Below are positions 1 through 8,557 of a stretch of DNA of 32,000 nt, in pieces. How positions within the stretch are numbered: position 1 is the stretch's first letter; each line of letters begins with the position of its first letter. The stretch lies in contig NZ_BCZE01000001.1 of NCBI RefSeq assembly GCF_001598555.1, positions 167,980 to 199,979 of the forward strand, written 5' to 3'. The position numbers were made by a program, and so were the translations under genes. The notes below the pieces were generated by a model. That model was not told where the DNA came from and searched no databases. It saw only the letters and a list, made by a program, of their open reading frames with translations. This DNA is from Novosphingobium rosa NBRC 15208 (GTDB taxonomy: Bacteria; Pseudomonadota; Alphaproteobacteria; Sphingomonadales; Sphingomonadaceae).

Positions 1-1
1 C

Positions 2-1027
2 GCCATCCCCGCGTTCCAGCAACTCACCCTCTCGCTGGCGGGCCGCTATGAGCATTACAGCGATTTCGGCAGCACCACCAACCCCAAGGTGGGTATCACG
101 TGGAAGCCGGTGCAGGGCGTGACGGTGCGCGGTTCCTACGGCACCTCCTTCCGCGCCCCGACCTTCACCGAGGTTTCGCAGGTGGCGGGCGGCGCTGGCC
201 TCTATTACGATACGCTGCCCGGCCCCAGCGGCAACCTCACCGGCATCGGCATCGCGGGCGGCAACCCCAATCTGAAGCCCGAAACCGCGCGCACATGGTC
301 GGCAGGCGTGGAGTTCGCGCCCCGCGCAGTGCAGGGTCTGGTCGCCACCCTCACCTATTTCGACATCGACTACCGCAACCAGATTCAGGCCCTGCGCGGC
401 ACCTCTGGCATTCTGACCAATCCGCTCTATTCGTCTTTCGTCACCTTCAACCCCAGCGCGGCGCAGGTCAGCGCGCTAGTCAATTCGGGCCTGCCGCTCA
501 ACAATGCCATCAACACCTCGGCGGTGGCCTTTATCGTCGATGGGCGGCGGCAGAATCTGGGGCGCTCGCTGGTCAGCGGCTTCGATTTCGGGGTGAATTA
601 CGGCCACACCTTTGGTGACGTGAAGCTGGATGGCGGAGTGCAGGGCACCTATTACACGCGCTACAATTTTCAGGCGGTGCCCGGCTCGGCCTTCACCAGC
701 GTCATCAACACCATCAACTTCCCGCAGCAGTTCCGCATGCAGGCCGATATCGGCGCAACATGGAAGAAGGTGCATACGCGCCTGACGCTCAACCATCTGG
801 GCGGCTATGCCAACACCGGCGTCATCCCCTATCAGAAGGTGGCGTCCTACAACACGGTCGATGCCTATGTCGGCGTGGATGTGACCGAGCGCTTCAACCT
901 CTCGATCGACGCGCGCAACCTGTTCAACCAGAACCCGCCCTTCGTCGACCAGACGCGCGGTTACGACCCGCAATCGGCCAGCCCGATGCCACGCCTGATC
1001 TCGCTGACCGCCGGGGTGAAGTTCTGA
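2..1027 (+). CDS. TonB-dependent outer-membrane receptor, C-terminal part (5' end outside window)
   Basis: The frame of ORF 89..1027 stays open back to nt 2 (AIPAFQQLTLSLAGRYEHYSDFGSTTNPKVGITWKP). Beta-barrel-like strand pattern. Canonical last strand ...RLISLTAGVKF ends in Phe. Stop TGA 1025-1027 overlaps the next ATG. Confidence 0.85.
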   Translation, partial: AIPAFQQLTLSLAGRYEHYSDFGSTTNPKVGITWKPVQGVTVRGSYGTSFRAPTFTEVSQVAGGAGLYYDTLPGPSGNLTGIGIAGGNPNLKPETARTWSAGVEFAPRAVQGLVATLTYFDIDYRNQIQALRGTSGILTNPLYSSFVTFNPSAAQVSALVNSGLPLNNAINTSAVAFIVDGRRQNLGRSLVSGFDFGVNYGHTFGDVKLDGGVQGTYYTRYNFQAVPGSAFTSVINTINFPQQFRMQADIGATWKKVHTRLTLNHLGGYANTGVIPYQKVASYNTVDAYVGVDVTERFNLSIDARNLFNQNPPFVDQTRGYDPQSASPMPRLISLTAGVKF

Positions 1028-2586
1028 TGCGCGCGTGGCTGGTGGCCGCTCCGCTGCTGGGCGCGGCATGGGCAACGCCCACAATGGCGGCCGCACCCGC
1101 CATGGCTGCGGACTGTTCGGGCCTGCAAGGCGCGCAAGGCCACGGCGTGGTGGTCACCGCCGCCACCGCCATCACCCCCACGCCGGGCCAGCCCTTCCAG
1201 CCCGACACGCCGGGCGGTTACAAGGCCGTGGCGGTGCAGGTGCCGCTCTGCCGGGTGGAGGGCACGATCGAGGGCAACATCGGCTTCGAACTCTGGCTAC
1301 CGCTGCCCGCCGCATGGAACCACCGCCTGCTGGGCGCGGGCGTGGGCGGCGATGCGGGCGTGTTCAACTACACCGACCTTGGCCGCCGCGTCACCGAGGG
1401 CTTCGCCGCCGTCACCACCGACAGCGGGCACAAACTGACCAACAAGCGCTGGATGGCCGATCCCAAGGCGCGCAAGGATTACGAACACCGCGCCACCCAT
1501 CTCGCCACGCTGGCCGCCAAGGCGCTGGTGACGCGCTTTTACGCCCGCCCCGCCGATCATGCCTATTTCCTCGGCTGCTCGGGCGGCGGGCGGCAGGGAT
1601 TGAAGGAGCTGGAACTCTACCCGCAGGACTACGACGGCATCGTGGCCGGCGCGCCTGGCCCCTATATGCCGCTGATCTCGGTGCGGATGATGTATTTCTC
1701 GCTGCTGCAAAAGCAGAATCCGGCGGGCGCGCTCAGCGATGCCGATTGGTCGCTGTATGAGAAAGCCACCTTCGATGCCTGCGACGGCAAGGATGGGGTG
1801 AAGGACGGCGTGGTGGAAAACCCGCTGACCTGCAGCTTCAAACCCGCCACCCTGCTGTGCAAGCCGGGCCAGAGCGACAACTGCCTCACGCCACCCAAGC
1901 TCTCGATGCTGACAGCCATCATCGGCCCCATGCCCGACGAACACGGCAAGCCGATGGACAAGGGCCTGCTGCCCGGCGTGCGCACCCGCCCGGGGCCACC
2001 CTCGCCGCTGCTGCGCGAGATGTGGGCCGATGGCGTCTACAACAACCCCGATTGGGACGAGGCCAGCTTTCAGCGCACCGCCGATCTGGCCAAGGCCAAC
2101 ACCGCCATGCCCCAATTGCGCGCCGACAGCACGACAATCGCCCCCTTTATCGCGCACGGCGGCAAGGCGATCATCTATCAGGGCTGGCAAGATCCTTCCG
2201 TGATCGCGGGGCCCACCATCGACTTCTACCGCAAGCTGGGCGTCGCTCAGGGCGGCGCGCGGAAGCTGGCGGAGGCGGTGCGGCTGATGATGGTGCCCGG
2301 CATGTATCACTGCCAGGGCGGGCCGGGCGCGGACCAGTTCGGTGGCTCCAAGCAGGTGAATGCGCCGGGCGATGCATCGCATGATATCCTCTGGTCGGTG
2401 ATCGATTGGGTGGAGCAGAAGCGTCCGCCCGAAGCGCTGACCGCAACAAAGCTTCTGCAAGGCAAACCGGTGTTCACCCGCCTGATCTGCTCTTTCCCCG
2501 ACAGCGCGCAGTATGATGGCAAGGGCGATGCCAGCAAGGCAAGCTCATACACCTGCCGCCGCGATCCCGTGCTGGCCGCGCGCTAG
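1027..2586 (+). CDS. Tannase/feruloyl-esterase-family alpha/beta hydrolase, secreted
   Basis: ATG at 1027 overlaps the upstream stop (tgATG). Signal-like N-terminus MRAWLVAAPLLGAAWATPTMAAAPAMA. Nucleophile elbow GCSGGGRQG and scattered Cys are typical of the tannase/feruloyl esterase (MHETase-type) family. The part of ORF 760.. upstream of 1027 overlaps the receptor gene and is discarded. Confidence 0.85.
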   Translation: MRAWLVAAPLLGAAWATPTMAAAPAMAADCSGLQGAQGHGVVVTAATAITPTPGQPFQPDTPGGYKAVAVQVPLCRVEGTIEGNIGFELWLPLPAAWNHRLLGAGVGGDAGVFNYTDLGRRVTEGFAAVTTDSGHKLTNKRWMADPKARKDYEHRATHLATLAAKALVTRFYARPADHAYFLGCSGGGRQGLKELELYPQDYDGIVAGAPGPYMPLISVRMMYFSLLQKQNPAGALSDADWSLYEKATFDACDGKDGVKDGVVENPLTCSFKPATLLCKPGQSDNCLTPPKLSMLTAIIGPMPDEHGKPMDKGLLPGVRTRPGPPSPLLREMWADGVYNNPDWDEASFQRTADLAKANTAMPQLRADSTTIAPFIAHGGKAIIYQGWQDPSVIAGPTIDFYRKLGVAQGGARKLAEAVRLMMVPGMYHCQGGPGADQFGGSKQVNAPGDASHDILWSVIDWVEQKRPPEALTATKLLQGKPVFTRLICSFPDSAQYDGKGDASKASSYTCRRDPVLAAR

Positions 2587-3963
2587 ATGCTGACCGACCG
2601 CCTCTGCGCCCATATCGCCCGGACTCCCGCCGGCGCTATCCCTGAAAGCACGCTGGCGGCGACAAGGCTGGCCTTGCTCGACGCGCTGGGGGTGATGCTG
2701 GCGGCCAGCACCCTGAGCCCCGAGGCCGAACCCTTCCGCAGTCTGGCGCTGGCCAGCGGCACAGGGCGCAGCACGCTGCTGGGGCGCGGCGAAAGCGTGC
2801 CCGCCCCGGCGGCGGCGCTGGCCAATGGCGCACTGGCCCATGCGCTGGATTTCGAGGATGCCTTCGACGCTGCCCCGTGCCACCCCAATGCCGCGCTGGT
2901 CCCCGCGCTGCTGGCGCTGGCCGAGGAGCGCGAGGCCACGGCAGAGAACTTTCTGACCGCCATGGCCATCGGCTGCGATCTGACCTGCCGCATGGCGCTG
3001 TCCCTCAAGCAGCCGATGGAGGCGGGCGGCTGGTATCCGCCGCCGATCCTCGGCGCTTTCGGCGCCACGGCCGCAGCCGCGCGGCTGCTGGGTCTGGATG
3101 CGGGACAAACGCGCGATGCCCTGTCTCTGGCGCTCTGCCAGGCCACCGCACCGGGCGAGATCAAACACAGCCACGCCACCACCATCCGCGCCGTGCGGGA
3201 AGCCTTCCCGGCCCAAGCCGCCGTCACCGCCGCCCTGCTGGCCGAGGCGGGCGTCATCGGTTTCGAGGAACCGCTGGAGGGCAAGGGCGGCTTCTATCGC
3301 CTCTACGCCGGGGGGCAATGGGGTGAAGGCGCGCTGCTGGACGGGTTGGGCACGCTGTATCACGGCGAAAACCTCAGCTTCAAACGCTGGCCCGCCTGCC
3401 GGGGCACCCACGCCTATATCGAAGCGGCGCTCGACCTGCGCGCAAGGCTGGGCGGCGCATGGCAGAACATCGCCAGCCTGACCATGGTGGTGGGCGACGT
3501 TCAGCGCATGCTGGTCGAGCCCGCCCCGCGCAAACAGGCCCCCGCCACCGCAATAGACGCCAAGTTCAGCATCTTTTTGACCGCCGCTCTGGCGCTGGTG
3601 CATGGCGAGGTGGGCCTCCACAGCTTCGACGAGGCCGCGCGCGCCGACCCGCAGGTGCTGACGCTGGCGTCCCGTATGCGGGCCCGGCACGATCCCGCCC
3701 GCGTGCCCACCGCTTTCGGCGGCATCCTCGATGCCACGCTGAAGGATGGTGCAAGGCTGACGCTGGATGTGCCGCTGCCCGCAGGTCACCCCTCGCGCCC
3801 GATCTCGCGCGCGGCCATGGTGGAGAAGTTCATCACCTGCGCCGGGCAGGCCGCTCAGCCTTATGGGCTGGACGAGGCCAAGGCTCTGGCCGAACACATT
3901 CTGACGCTGAGCGACGCCACGCCAATCTCCACACTGACAGGCAGAGCATCCGGGAAAGCTTGA
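2587..3963 (+). CDS. MmgE/PrpD-family protein (2-methylcitrate-dehydratase-like)
   Basis: 458-aa ORF with its ATG directly after the upstream TAG (tagATG). The N-terminus MLTDRLCAHIARTPAGAIPESTLAATRLALLDALGVMLAAS and the later ...ANGALAHALDFED... are characteristic of MmgE/PrpD proteins. Confidence 0.9.
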   Translation: MLTDRLCAHIARTPAGAIPESTLAATRLALLDALGVMLAASTLSPEAEPFRSLALASGTGRSTLLGRGESVPAPAAALANGALAHALDFEDAFDAAPCHPNAALVPALLALAEEREATAENFLTAMAIGCDLTCRMALSLKQPMEAGGWYPPPILGAFGATAAAARLLGLDAGQTRDALSLALCQATAPGEIKHSHATTIRAVREAFPAQAAVTAALLAEAGVIGFEEPLEGKGGFYRLYAGGQWGEGALLDGLGTLYHGENLSFKRWPACRGTHAYIEAALDLRARLGGAWQNIASLTMVVGDVQRMLVEPAPRKQAPATAIDAKFSIFLTAALALVHGEVGLHSFDEAARADPQVLTLASRMRARHDPARVPTAFGGILDATLKDGARLTLDVPLPAGHPSRPISRAAMVEKFITCAGQAAQPYGLDEAKALAEHILTLSDATPISTLTGRASGKA

Positions 3964-3964
3964 T

Positions 3965-5341
3965 ATGGCCAGACATTTCGCCACCCTTATCGCCCTGCTG
4001 GCCACCGGCGCCACCTCGGCGCAAACTGTGCCGCAGGCTCCCACCCACCGTGAAGGACGCATGGCCAATGGCAATGGCTGGGCGATCGACATGCCCGCGA
4101 CGTGGAACGGCACGGTGCTGCTGTTCAGCCATGGCTTCAGTTCGGCCCCCGGCAACCCGCCCCGCAACCGCCCGCATGAAGGGGCCGAGCAACTGCTGGC
4201 GCATGGCTATGCCCTGCTCGGCAGTTCCTACAGCCAGACCGGCTGGGCGGTGGAACAGGCCGTGCCCGACCAGATCGCCGCGCTCGACCGCTTCGAGGAA
4301 ACATTCGGCAAGCCACGCCGCGTGATCGCCTATGGCGAATCCATGGGCGGCCTCGTCACCGCCGCGCTGGTCGAGCGCCATCCAGAACGGATCGATGGCG
4401 CCATGCCGATGTGCGCTTCGGTTTCGGGCGCGGTGGCGATGGAAAATCAGGCGCTGGATGGTGCATGGGCGTTGAAAATGCTGGTCGATCCCGCCGCGCC
4501 CTTGCGCATCACCGGTGTCTGGCAGCCGGGCGCGCCGCAACCGCCGATCCGCGAGGAAGGCGCGGCCGTCGATGCGCTGCTGGCCAAGGCCATGGCCTCA
4601 CCGCAAGGGCAGGCGCGGCTGGCGCTGGCCGCCACGCTGGCGCAGTTGCCCGATCAGCCCGATGACAAGGCCCCGCCCGCAGGCTCTTCCGATCTGGAGG
4701 GGCGGGTTCAGGCCTATGGCCGTTGGTTCGCCATGGGGGTGTTCTTTCCCCGCTGGGATCAGGAACGGCGCGCGGGCGGCAATGCCTCATGGAACACCGG
4801 CGTGGATTATGCCGCGCAATTGCAGGCATCCGGCAAGCGCGCGCTGGTCGAACAGGTCTATGCCCGCGCGGGATTGTCGCTGCGGGAGGATCTGGCCACT
4901 TTGGCCAAAGCGCCGCGTGTTTCGGCCAACCCAAAAGCCGTCGCCTACATGCGCGCCAATTTCGTGCCCTCCGGCCGGTTGAAACGTCCGGTCCTCACGC
5001 TGCACACCACAGGCGACGGCGCCACCATGGTCACCTATGAGCGCGCCTATGCCGATCTGGTGCGCCACGCGGGGGCAGCGCCCATGTTGCGGCAGGCCTA
5101 TGTGCAGGCCTTCGGCCATTGCAGCTTCAACACCGCCGAGACCGTCGCGGGGATCGAGGCGCTGGACCGGCGCATCGCCAGCGGGCGATGGGATGACGCG
5201 GCCATCTCCGCCTCCGGCCTGAACCATGCGGCAGAGCCCATCGGCAAGGCACGCTTCGTGTCCTATCGGCCTGCACCCATGCTCAGGCCTTGCGGCGCCG
5301 TAGCGGGGTCTTGCCGTGGCGAAACGACAGCACCGCGTTAG
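3965..5341 (+). CDS. Secreted alpha/beta hydrolase (unknown esterase/lipase-like)
   Basis: ATG lies 1 nt after the upstream TGA. Signal peptide MARHFATLIALLATGATSAQ. GxSxG nucleophile elbow as YGESMGG. Codon bias matches its neighbours. Confidence 0.7.
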   Translation: MARHFATLIALLATGATSAQTVPQAPTHREGRMANGNGWAIDMPATWNGTVLLFSHGFSSAPGNPPRNRPHEGAEQLLAHGYALLGSSYSQTGWAVEQAVPDQIAALDRFEETFGKPRRVIAYGESMGGLVTAALVERHPERIDGAMPMCASVSGAVAMENQALDGAWALKMLVDPAAPLRITGVWQPGAPQPPIREEGAAVDALLAKAMASPQGQARLALAATLAQLPDQPDDKAPPAGSSDLEGRVQAYGRWFAMGVFFPRWDQERRAGGNASWNTGVDYAAQLQASGKRALVEQVYARAGLSLREDLATLAKAPRVSANPKAVAYMRANFVPSGRLKRPVLTLHTTGDGATMVTYERAYADLVRHAGAAPMLRQAYVQAFGHCSFNTAETVAGIEALDRRIASGRWDDAAISASGLNHAAEPIGKARFVSYRPAPMLRPCGAVAGSCRGETTAPR

Positions 5342-5366
5342 GCAACTGAACCAGCCGGATCGGCGC

Positions 5367-5597
5367 CTATGTGCGGAACAGCATCGTGACGAGGAACAGG
5401 ATGGTCTTGACGTCCAGCAGCTTCAGCGCGGCGCGGGCTTCCTGCGGCGTCAGCTTGGCGACCATCGGCATGGCGCCGAAAATCTTGCCCCGGATCACCA
5501 GCGCATCGCCATCCCGCTCGATCTTGCGGACGGTCATCAGTTCCTTGTCATTGGCATCCAGCACGCGCATCTGCGGCGGCTTTTGGGTGGTGTTCAT
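5367..5597 (-). CDS. Small hypothetical protein (76 aa) with hydrophobic C-terminal tail
   Basis: ATG at 5597 overlaps the stop of the upstream oxidoreductase (tcATc arrangement at 5595-5599). Product MNTTQKPPQMRVLDANDKELMTVRKIERDGDALVIRGKIFGAMPMVAKLTPQEARAALKLLDVKTILFLVTMLFRT. No family recognised. The longer ORF 5367..5966 would overlap the oxidoreductase gene. Confidence 0.4.
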   Translation of the reverse strand: MNTTQKPPQMRVLDANDKELMTVRKIERDGDALVIRGKIFGAMPMVAKLTPQEARAALKLLDVKTILFLVTMLFRT

Positions 5598-7180
5598 CAG
5601 ATGACTCCCCCGCAGACCTTGTCGAAATCGATCCCCATGTCGTCCATCATCTGGATCGCCGTGGCGCGGCCAGCGCCAAAGACCCCGCCGCCCGGATGCA
5701 TGAAGGGCCCGACCAGATAGAGCCCCTCGATCTGTGGCACGCGGAAGCTGCCGAGGTCCGGCGTGGGGCGGTGGCCGACCGACTGATACATGAAGGGCGC
5801 GCAGCCGTGGATGTCGCCCTTGATAAAGCTGGCCGGACTGTCGCGCTCGTGATCGACGGGTGAACGGATCAGGCGGCCGGTGATGTTGTCGTCGGTGAGA
5901 TTGCTGTAGAATTTGCGGTATTGGGCAAGGGCGGCGTCGGCCACCTCTTCCTTGCGTTCGTCCCACGCCGCGTGGCCGCCGTCGAACAGGTCATAGGGCG
6001 CGAAGTTCACCCCGTAGAACACACCGGCCCCTTCCGGCGCGCGTGAGGGATCGAAGATGGTGTTGTCTCCGCCCGCGATCAGGCGTGGAGCGGTCAGGCC
6101 ACGGCGCAGCTTGTCATACTCCAGCAGCATGTCGCGCATGGTGTAGAAATCCATGAGTTCGGTCATCATGGCATTGGTCTCATTGCCGACCTTCAGCGTC
6201 AGGCGCTCCTTCAGCGTCAGATGCATGAGGTTGATCGAGAAGGTGGAGGGCGTGACGCGCTCGGCGCGTTCCAGCACCGGCTCGGGCGTTTCGGCGACGA
6301 ATTTGCGCAGGACATGCGGGTGAATCGCACCGATCACGCCATCCCTGGCCATGAAGGTTTCGCCCGTGGTCAGCTCCAGACCGACAGCCTTGCCGGAGGA
6401 GACGATCACCCGGCTCACCTCGGCGCTGCAGCGCACCTCGCCGCCCCAATGTTCGATGGCGCGGACCAGCGCCTTGCTCAGCTGCCCCGAACCACCCCTG
6501 GGCATCGAGCAGCCATAGGTATGGATGATGCCCGGCATCAGGAAAGCACCCATGCCGGTGCCCAACTCGTCAGGCATCTGCAGATTTTCGGTGACCATGC
6601 GCAAGATATGGAGGCGGAGCAGATCGCTTTCGAAATACTGGTTCACCACATCGAGCGCCGACCGGCTCATCACATCGAGCAGGAAGCGGCCCTCGTCGGA
6701 CTGATCCATCATCGCCACAAAGGCGCCCATCGGGAACGGGGGCGCATAGAGCCCGCTCATAAACATAGGCAGGGCGGCCATGCTGGCCCTGGCGAACTTG
6801 CGATAGGCCTCGGCATCGCGCGGGCTGAAGCTGGCGATCTCTTCGCAGGTGCGATCCAGATCCTTCCAGGAGCGGACGATGGTGCCATCCTCCCAGATCG
6901 AGGCATGGGGCAGTTCGGGATAGATATATTCCAGGCCGAACATGCCCAGCAGGCCCAGTTCATCCTGACGCAGCATGGGGTTGCCCTGAATCATGATATG
7001 CACGTTGGAATGCTCATCATGCCAGAAGCCGGGGCGGATCAGTTCACGCGTGGAGACACCCCCACCGAAATGCGGCTTGCGCTCCAACACCAGCACCCTC
7101 TTGCCGGCCTTGGCCATATAGGCGGCGGCGGTCAGGCCATTGTGGCCGGCGCCCATCACCACGATATCGTAATTGCTCAA
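5597..7180 (-). CDS. NAD(P)/FAD-dependent oxidoreductase, phytoene-desaturase (CrtI)-related family
   Basis: Rossmann dinucleotide motif right at the N-terminus (SNYDIVVMGAGHNGLTAAAYMAKAGKRVLVLERKPHFGGG). TTG start at 7180 is preceded by AAGGAG 7 nt upstream and overlaps the SDR stop (TTGA). The first ~282 codons of ORF 5597..8026 are shadow frame over the SDR gene. Confidence 0.85.
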   Translation of the reverse strand: MSNYDIVVMGAGHNGLTAAAYMAKAGKRVLVLERKPHFGGGVSTRELIRPGFWHDEHSNVHIMIQGNPMLRQDELGLLGMFGLEYIYPELPHASIWEDGTIVRSWKDLDRTCEEIASFSPRDAEAYRKFARASMAALPMFMSGLYAPPFPMGAFVAMMDQSDEGRFLLDVMSRSALDVVNQYFESDLLRLHILRMVTENLQMPDELGTGMGAFLMPGIIHTYGCSMPRGGSGQLSKALVRAIEHWGGEVRCSAEVSRVIVSSGKAVGLELTTGETFMARDGVIGAIHPHVLRKFVAETPEPVLERAERVTPSTFSINLMHLTLKERLTLKVGNETNAMMTELMDFYTMRDMLLEYDKLRRGLTAPRLIAGGDNTIFDPSRAPEGAGVFYGVNFAPYDLFDGGHAAWDERKEEVADAALAQYRKFYSNLTDDNITGRLIRSPVDHERDSPASFIKGDIHGCAPFMYQSVGHRPTPDLGSFRVPQIEGLYLVGPFMHPGGGVFGAGRATAIQMMDDMGIDFDKVCGGVI

Positions 7181-8004
7181 TGCCCAACTCCTTGAAAAGC
7201 GTCTCCCGAGAAGAAGGCGCGGAAGGCCGCGAGGCCCGGAACATGGCTGGCACAGCCGCCATCGGCGACGAGCACCTGCCCCGTGATATTCCGCGCGGCA
7301 TCGCTGGCGAGGAAGGCCACCGCCTCGGCGATATCTTCCGCCACGCCAAGCTGGGGGCGCAGCGTTTCGCCCTCGACAGCTTCGCGCAATTGCGGCGGAA
7401 AGGCCTCGCGCAGGGCGGGCGTCATGGTCATGCCGGGCGCGACGGCATTGCAGCGCACGCCATGGATGCCATGACTGGCGGCTATGGCGCGGGTCATCTG
7501 GATGATCGCGGCCTTGCTGCTGGAATAGGCCGCCTGAATGATATGCCCCTGAAGCGCCAGATTGCTGACGGTGTTGACGATGTTCCCACCGCTCACGCGC
7601 AGGTGCGGCAATGCCGCCCGGCAGCCGATCATCGTGCCACGCACGTTCACCGCATAGGTCCGGTCCCAGAGGGCGGTGGCCATATGCTCGATATCGCCAT
7701 CCTGCTGCGCAATATCGGGGCCGAGCAGCGCCGCATTGTTGTGCAGCACATCCAGCCGCCCGAAATGTGCAACGGTCCCGGCGATCATCGCCTCGATGCT
7801 GTCGGCCTGTTCCAGATCCAGCGCGATCGCCAGAGCGCCGGGCAGGGTCTCCGCCAGTTCCCGCGCCCGGTCGAAAGCGATATCGGCAATCGCCACCCGC
7901 GCCCCGCGCTGCGCCATACGTTGCGCGGTGGCCCAACCGATCCCACCTGCTCCACCGGTGATCAGGACCACCTTGCCATCCAGCCGGATTGCATCCTGCG
8001 CCAT
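7177..8004 (-). CDS. Short-chain dehydrogenase/reductase (SDR)
   Basis: MAQDAIRLDGKVVLITGGAGGIGWATAQRMAQRGARVAIAD carries the TGxxxGIG cofactor motif. Catalytic YxxxK is seen as AAYSSSKAA, followed by the PG motif (VAPG). ATG at 8004 is preceded by a GGGAGAA RBS. Confidence 0.9.
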   Translation of the reverse strand: MAQDAIRLDGKVVLITGGAGGIGWATAQRMAQRGARVAIADIAFDRARELAETLPGALAIALDLEQADSIEAMIAGTVAHFGRLDVLHNNAALLGPDIAQQDGDIEHMATALWDRTYAVNVRGTMIGCRAALPHLRVSGGNIVNTVSNLALQGHIIQAAYSSSKAAIIQMTRAIAASHGIHGVRCNAVAPGMTMTPALREAFPPQLREAVEGETLRPQLGVAEDIAEAVAFLASDAARNITGQVLVADGGCASHVPGLAAFRAFFSGDAFQGVGH

Positions 8005-8081
8005 TCGCCTGTTCTCCCACTTCCACACTTGTTTGCGCGGCTGATCGATGCTCTTAATCGCCGCACGACCCAGCGGAAGAC

Positions 8082-8097
8082 GGCACTTTTTTGTGCC
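8082..8097. promoter_or_regulatory. Perfect inverted repeat GGCAC-T6-GTGCC in the SDR/HxlR divergent intergenic region (candidate operator)
   Basis: Read directly: GGCAC at 8082-8086, tttttt spacer, GTGCC at 8093-8097, 5 nt upstream of ATG 8102. Confidence 0.3.
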
Positions 8098-8101
8098 CTG
8101 C

Positions 8102-8557
8102 ATGAAGATGAAATCTGTGATCGATCCGGACGATTTCCCTCAGGATCTGCGCGCTGGCCTGAGCGCGCTGGCCACCGATATGGCAAGCCATGGCACGCGC
8201 CGCGTCGATCCCCCGCGCGAGGTGATGGCCATGCTGGGCGACCGCTGGACATCGCTGATCCTGCAGGTGCTGATGATCGGCATATGGCGCCACGCCGATC
8301 TGAAACGCGCGCTGGCGGCTCTTTCGGAGGAGCAGGCCATCTCGCAGCGGGTGCTCACGCTGAAGCTGCGCGCGCTGGAGCGCGACGGTTTCGTCGCGCG
8401 CCATGTCACGGCGGATGTTCCGCCGCGCGTGTCCTATCGCCTTACCGCGCTGGGGGTGGAGCTGGCGCAGGAAGGCCGCCGGATGATCGATTGGGTGAAC
8501 ACCCGCAGCGCGGCCATCATTCAGGCGCGCACCGCGTTCGACCAGCGCGACGGCTGA
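8102..8557 (+). CDS. HxlR-family winged-helix transcriptional regulator
   Basis: Core ...MAMLGDRWTSLILQVLMIGIWRHADLKRAL...ISQRVLTLKLRALERDGFVARHV...PPRVSYRLTALG is a typical HxlR signature. Start is ambiguous: ATG 8102 was chosen, but ATG 8048 is also open. Divergent from the SDR/oxidoreductase operon. Confidence 0.8.
   Translation: MKMKSVIDPDDFPQDLRAGLSALATDMASHGTRRVDPPREVMAMLGDRWTSLILQVLMIGIWRHADLKRALAALSEEQAISQRVLTLKLRALERDGFVARHVTADVPPRVSYRLTALGVELAQEGRRMIDWVNTRSAAIIQARTAFDQRDG

Noticed and set aside
2545-4167. 540-aa minus-strand ORF (and the nested 2583..3284) opposite the MmgE/PrpD gene
   Set aside because: It overlaps a plus-strand gene with a clear family signature and operon coupling. 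Its composition (A/G/R/P-rich) is typical of antisense frames.
7181-8026. N-terminal 282 codons of ORF 5597..8026
   Set aside because: This part lies in an alternative frame over the SDR gene. The Rossmann motif begins right after the TTG at 7180, which has an AAGGAG RBS, so the true start is 7180.
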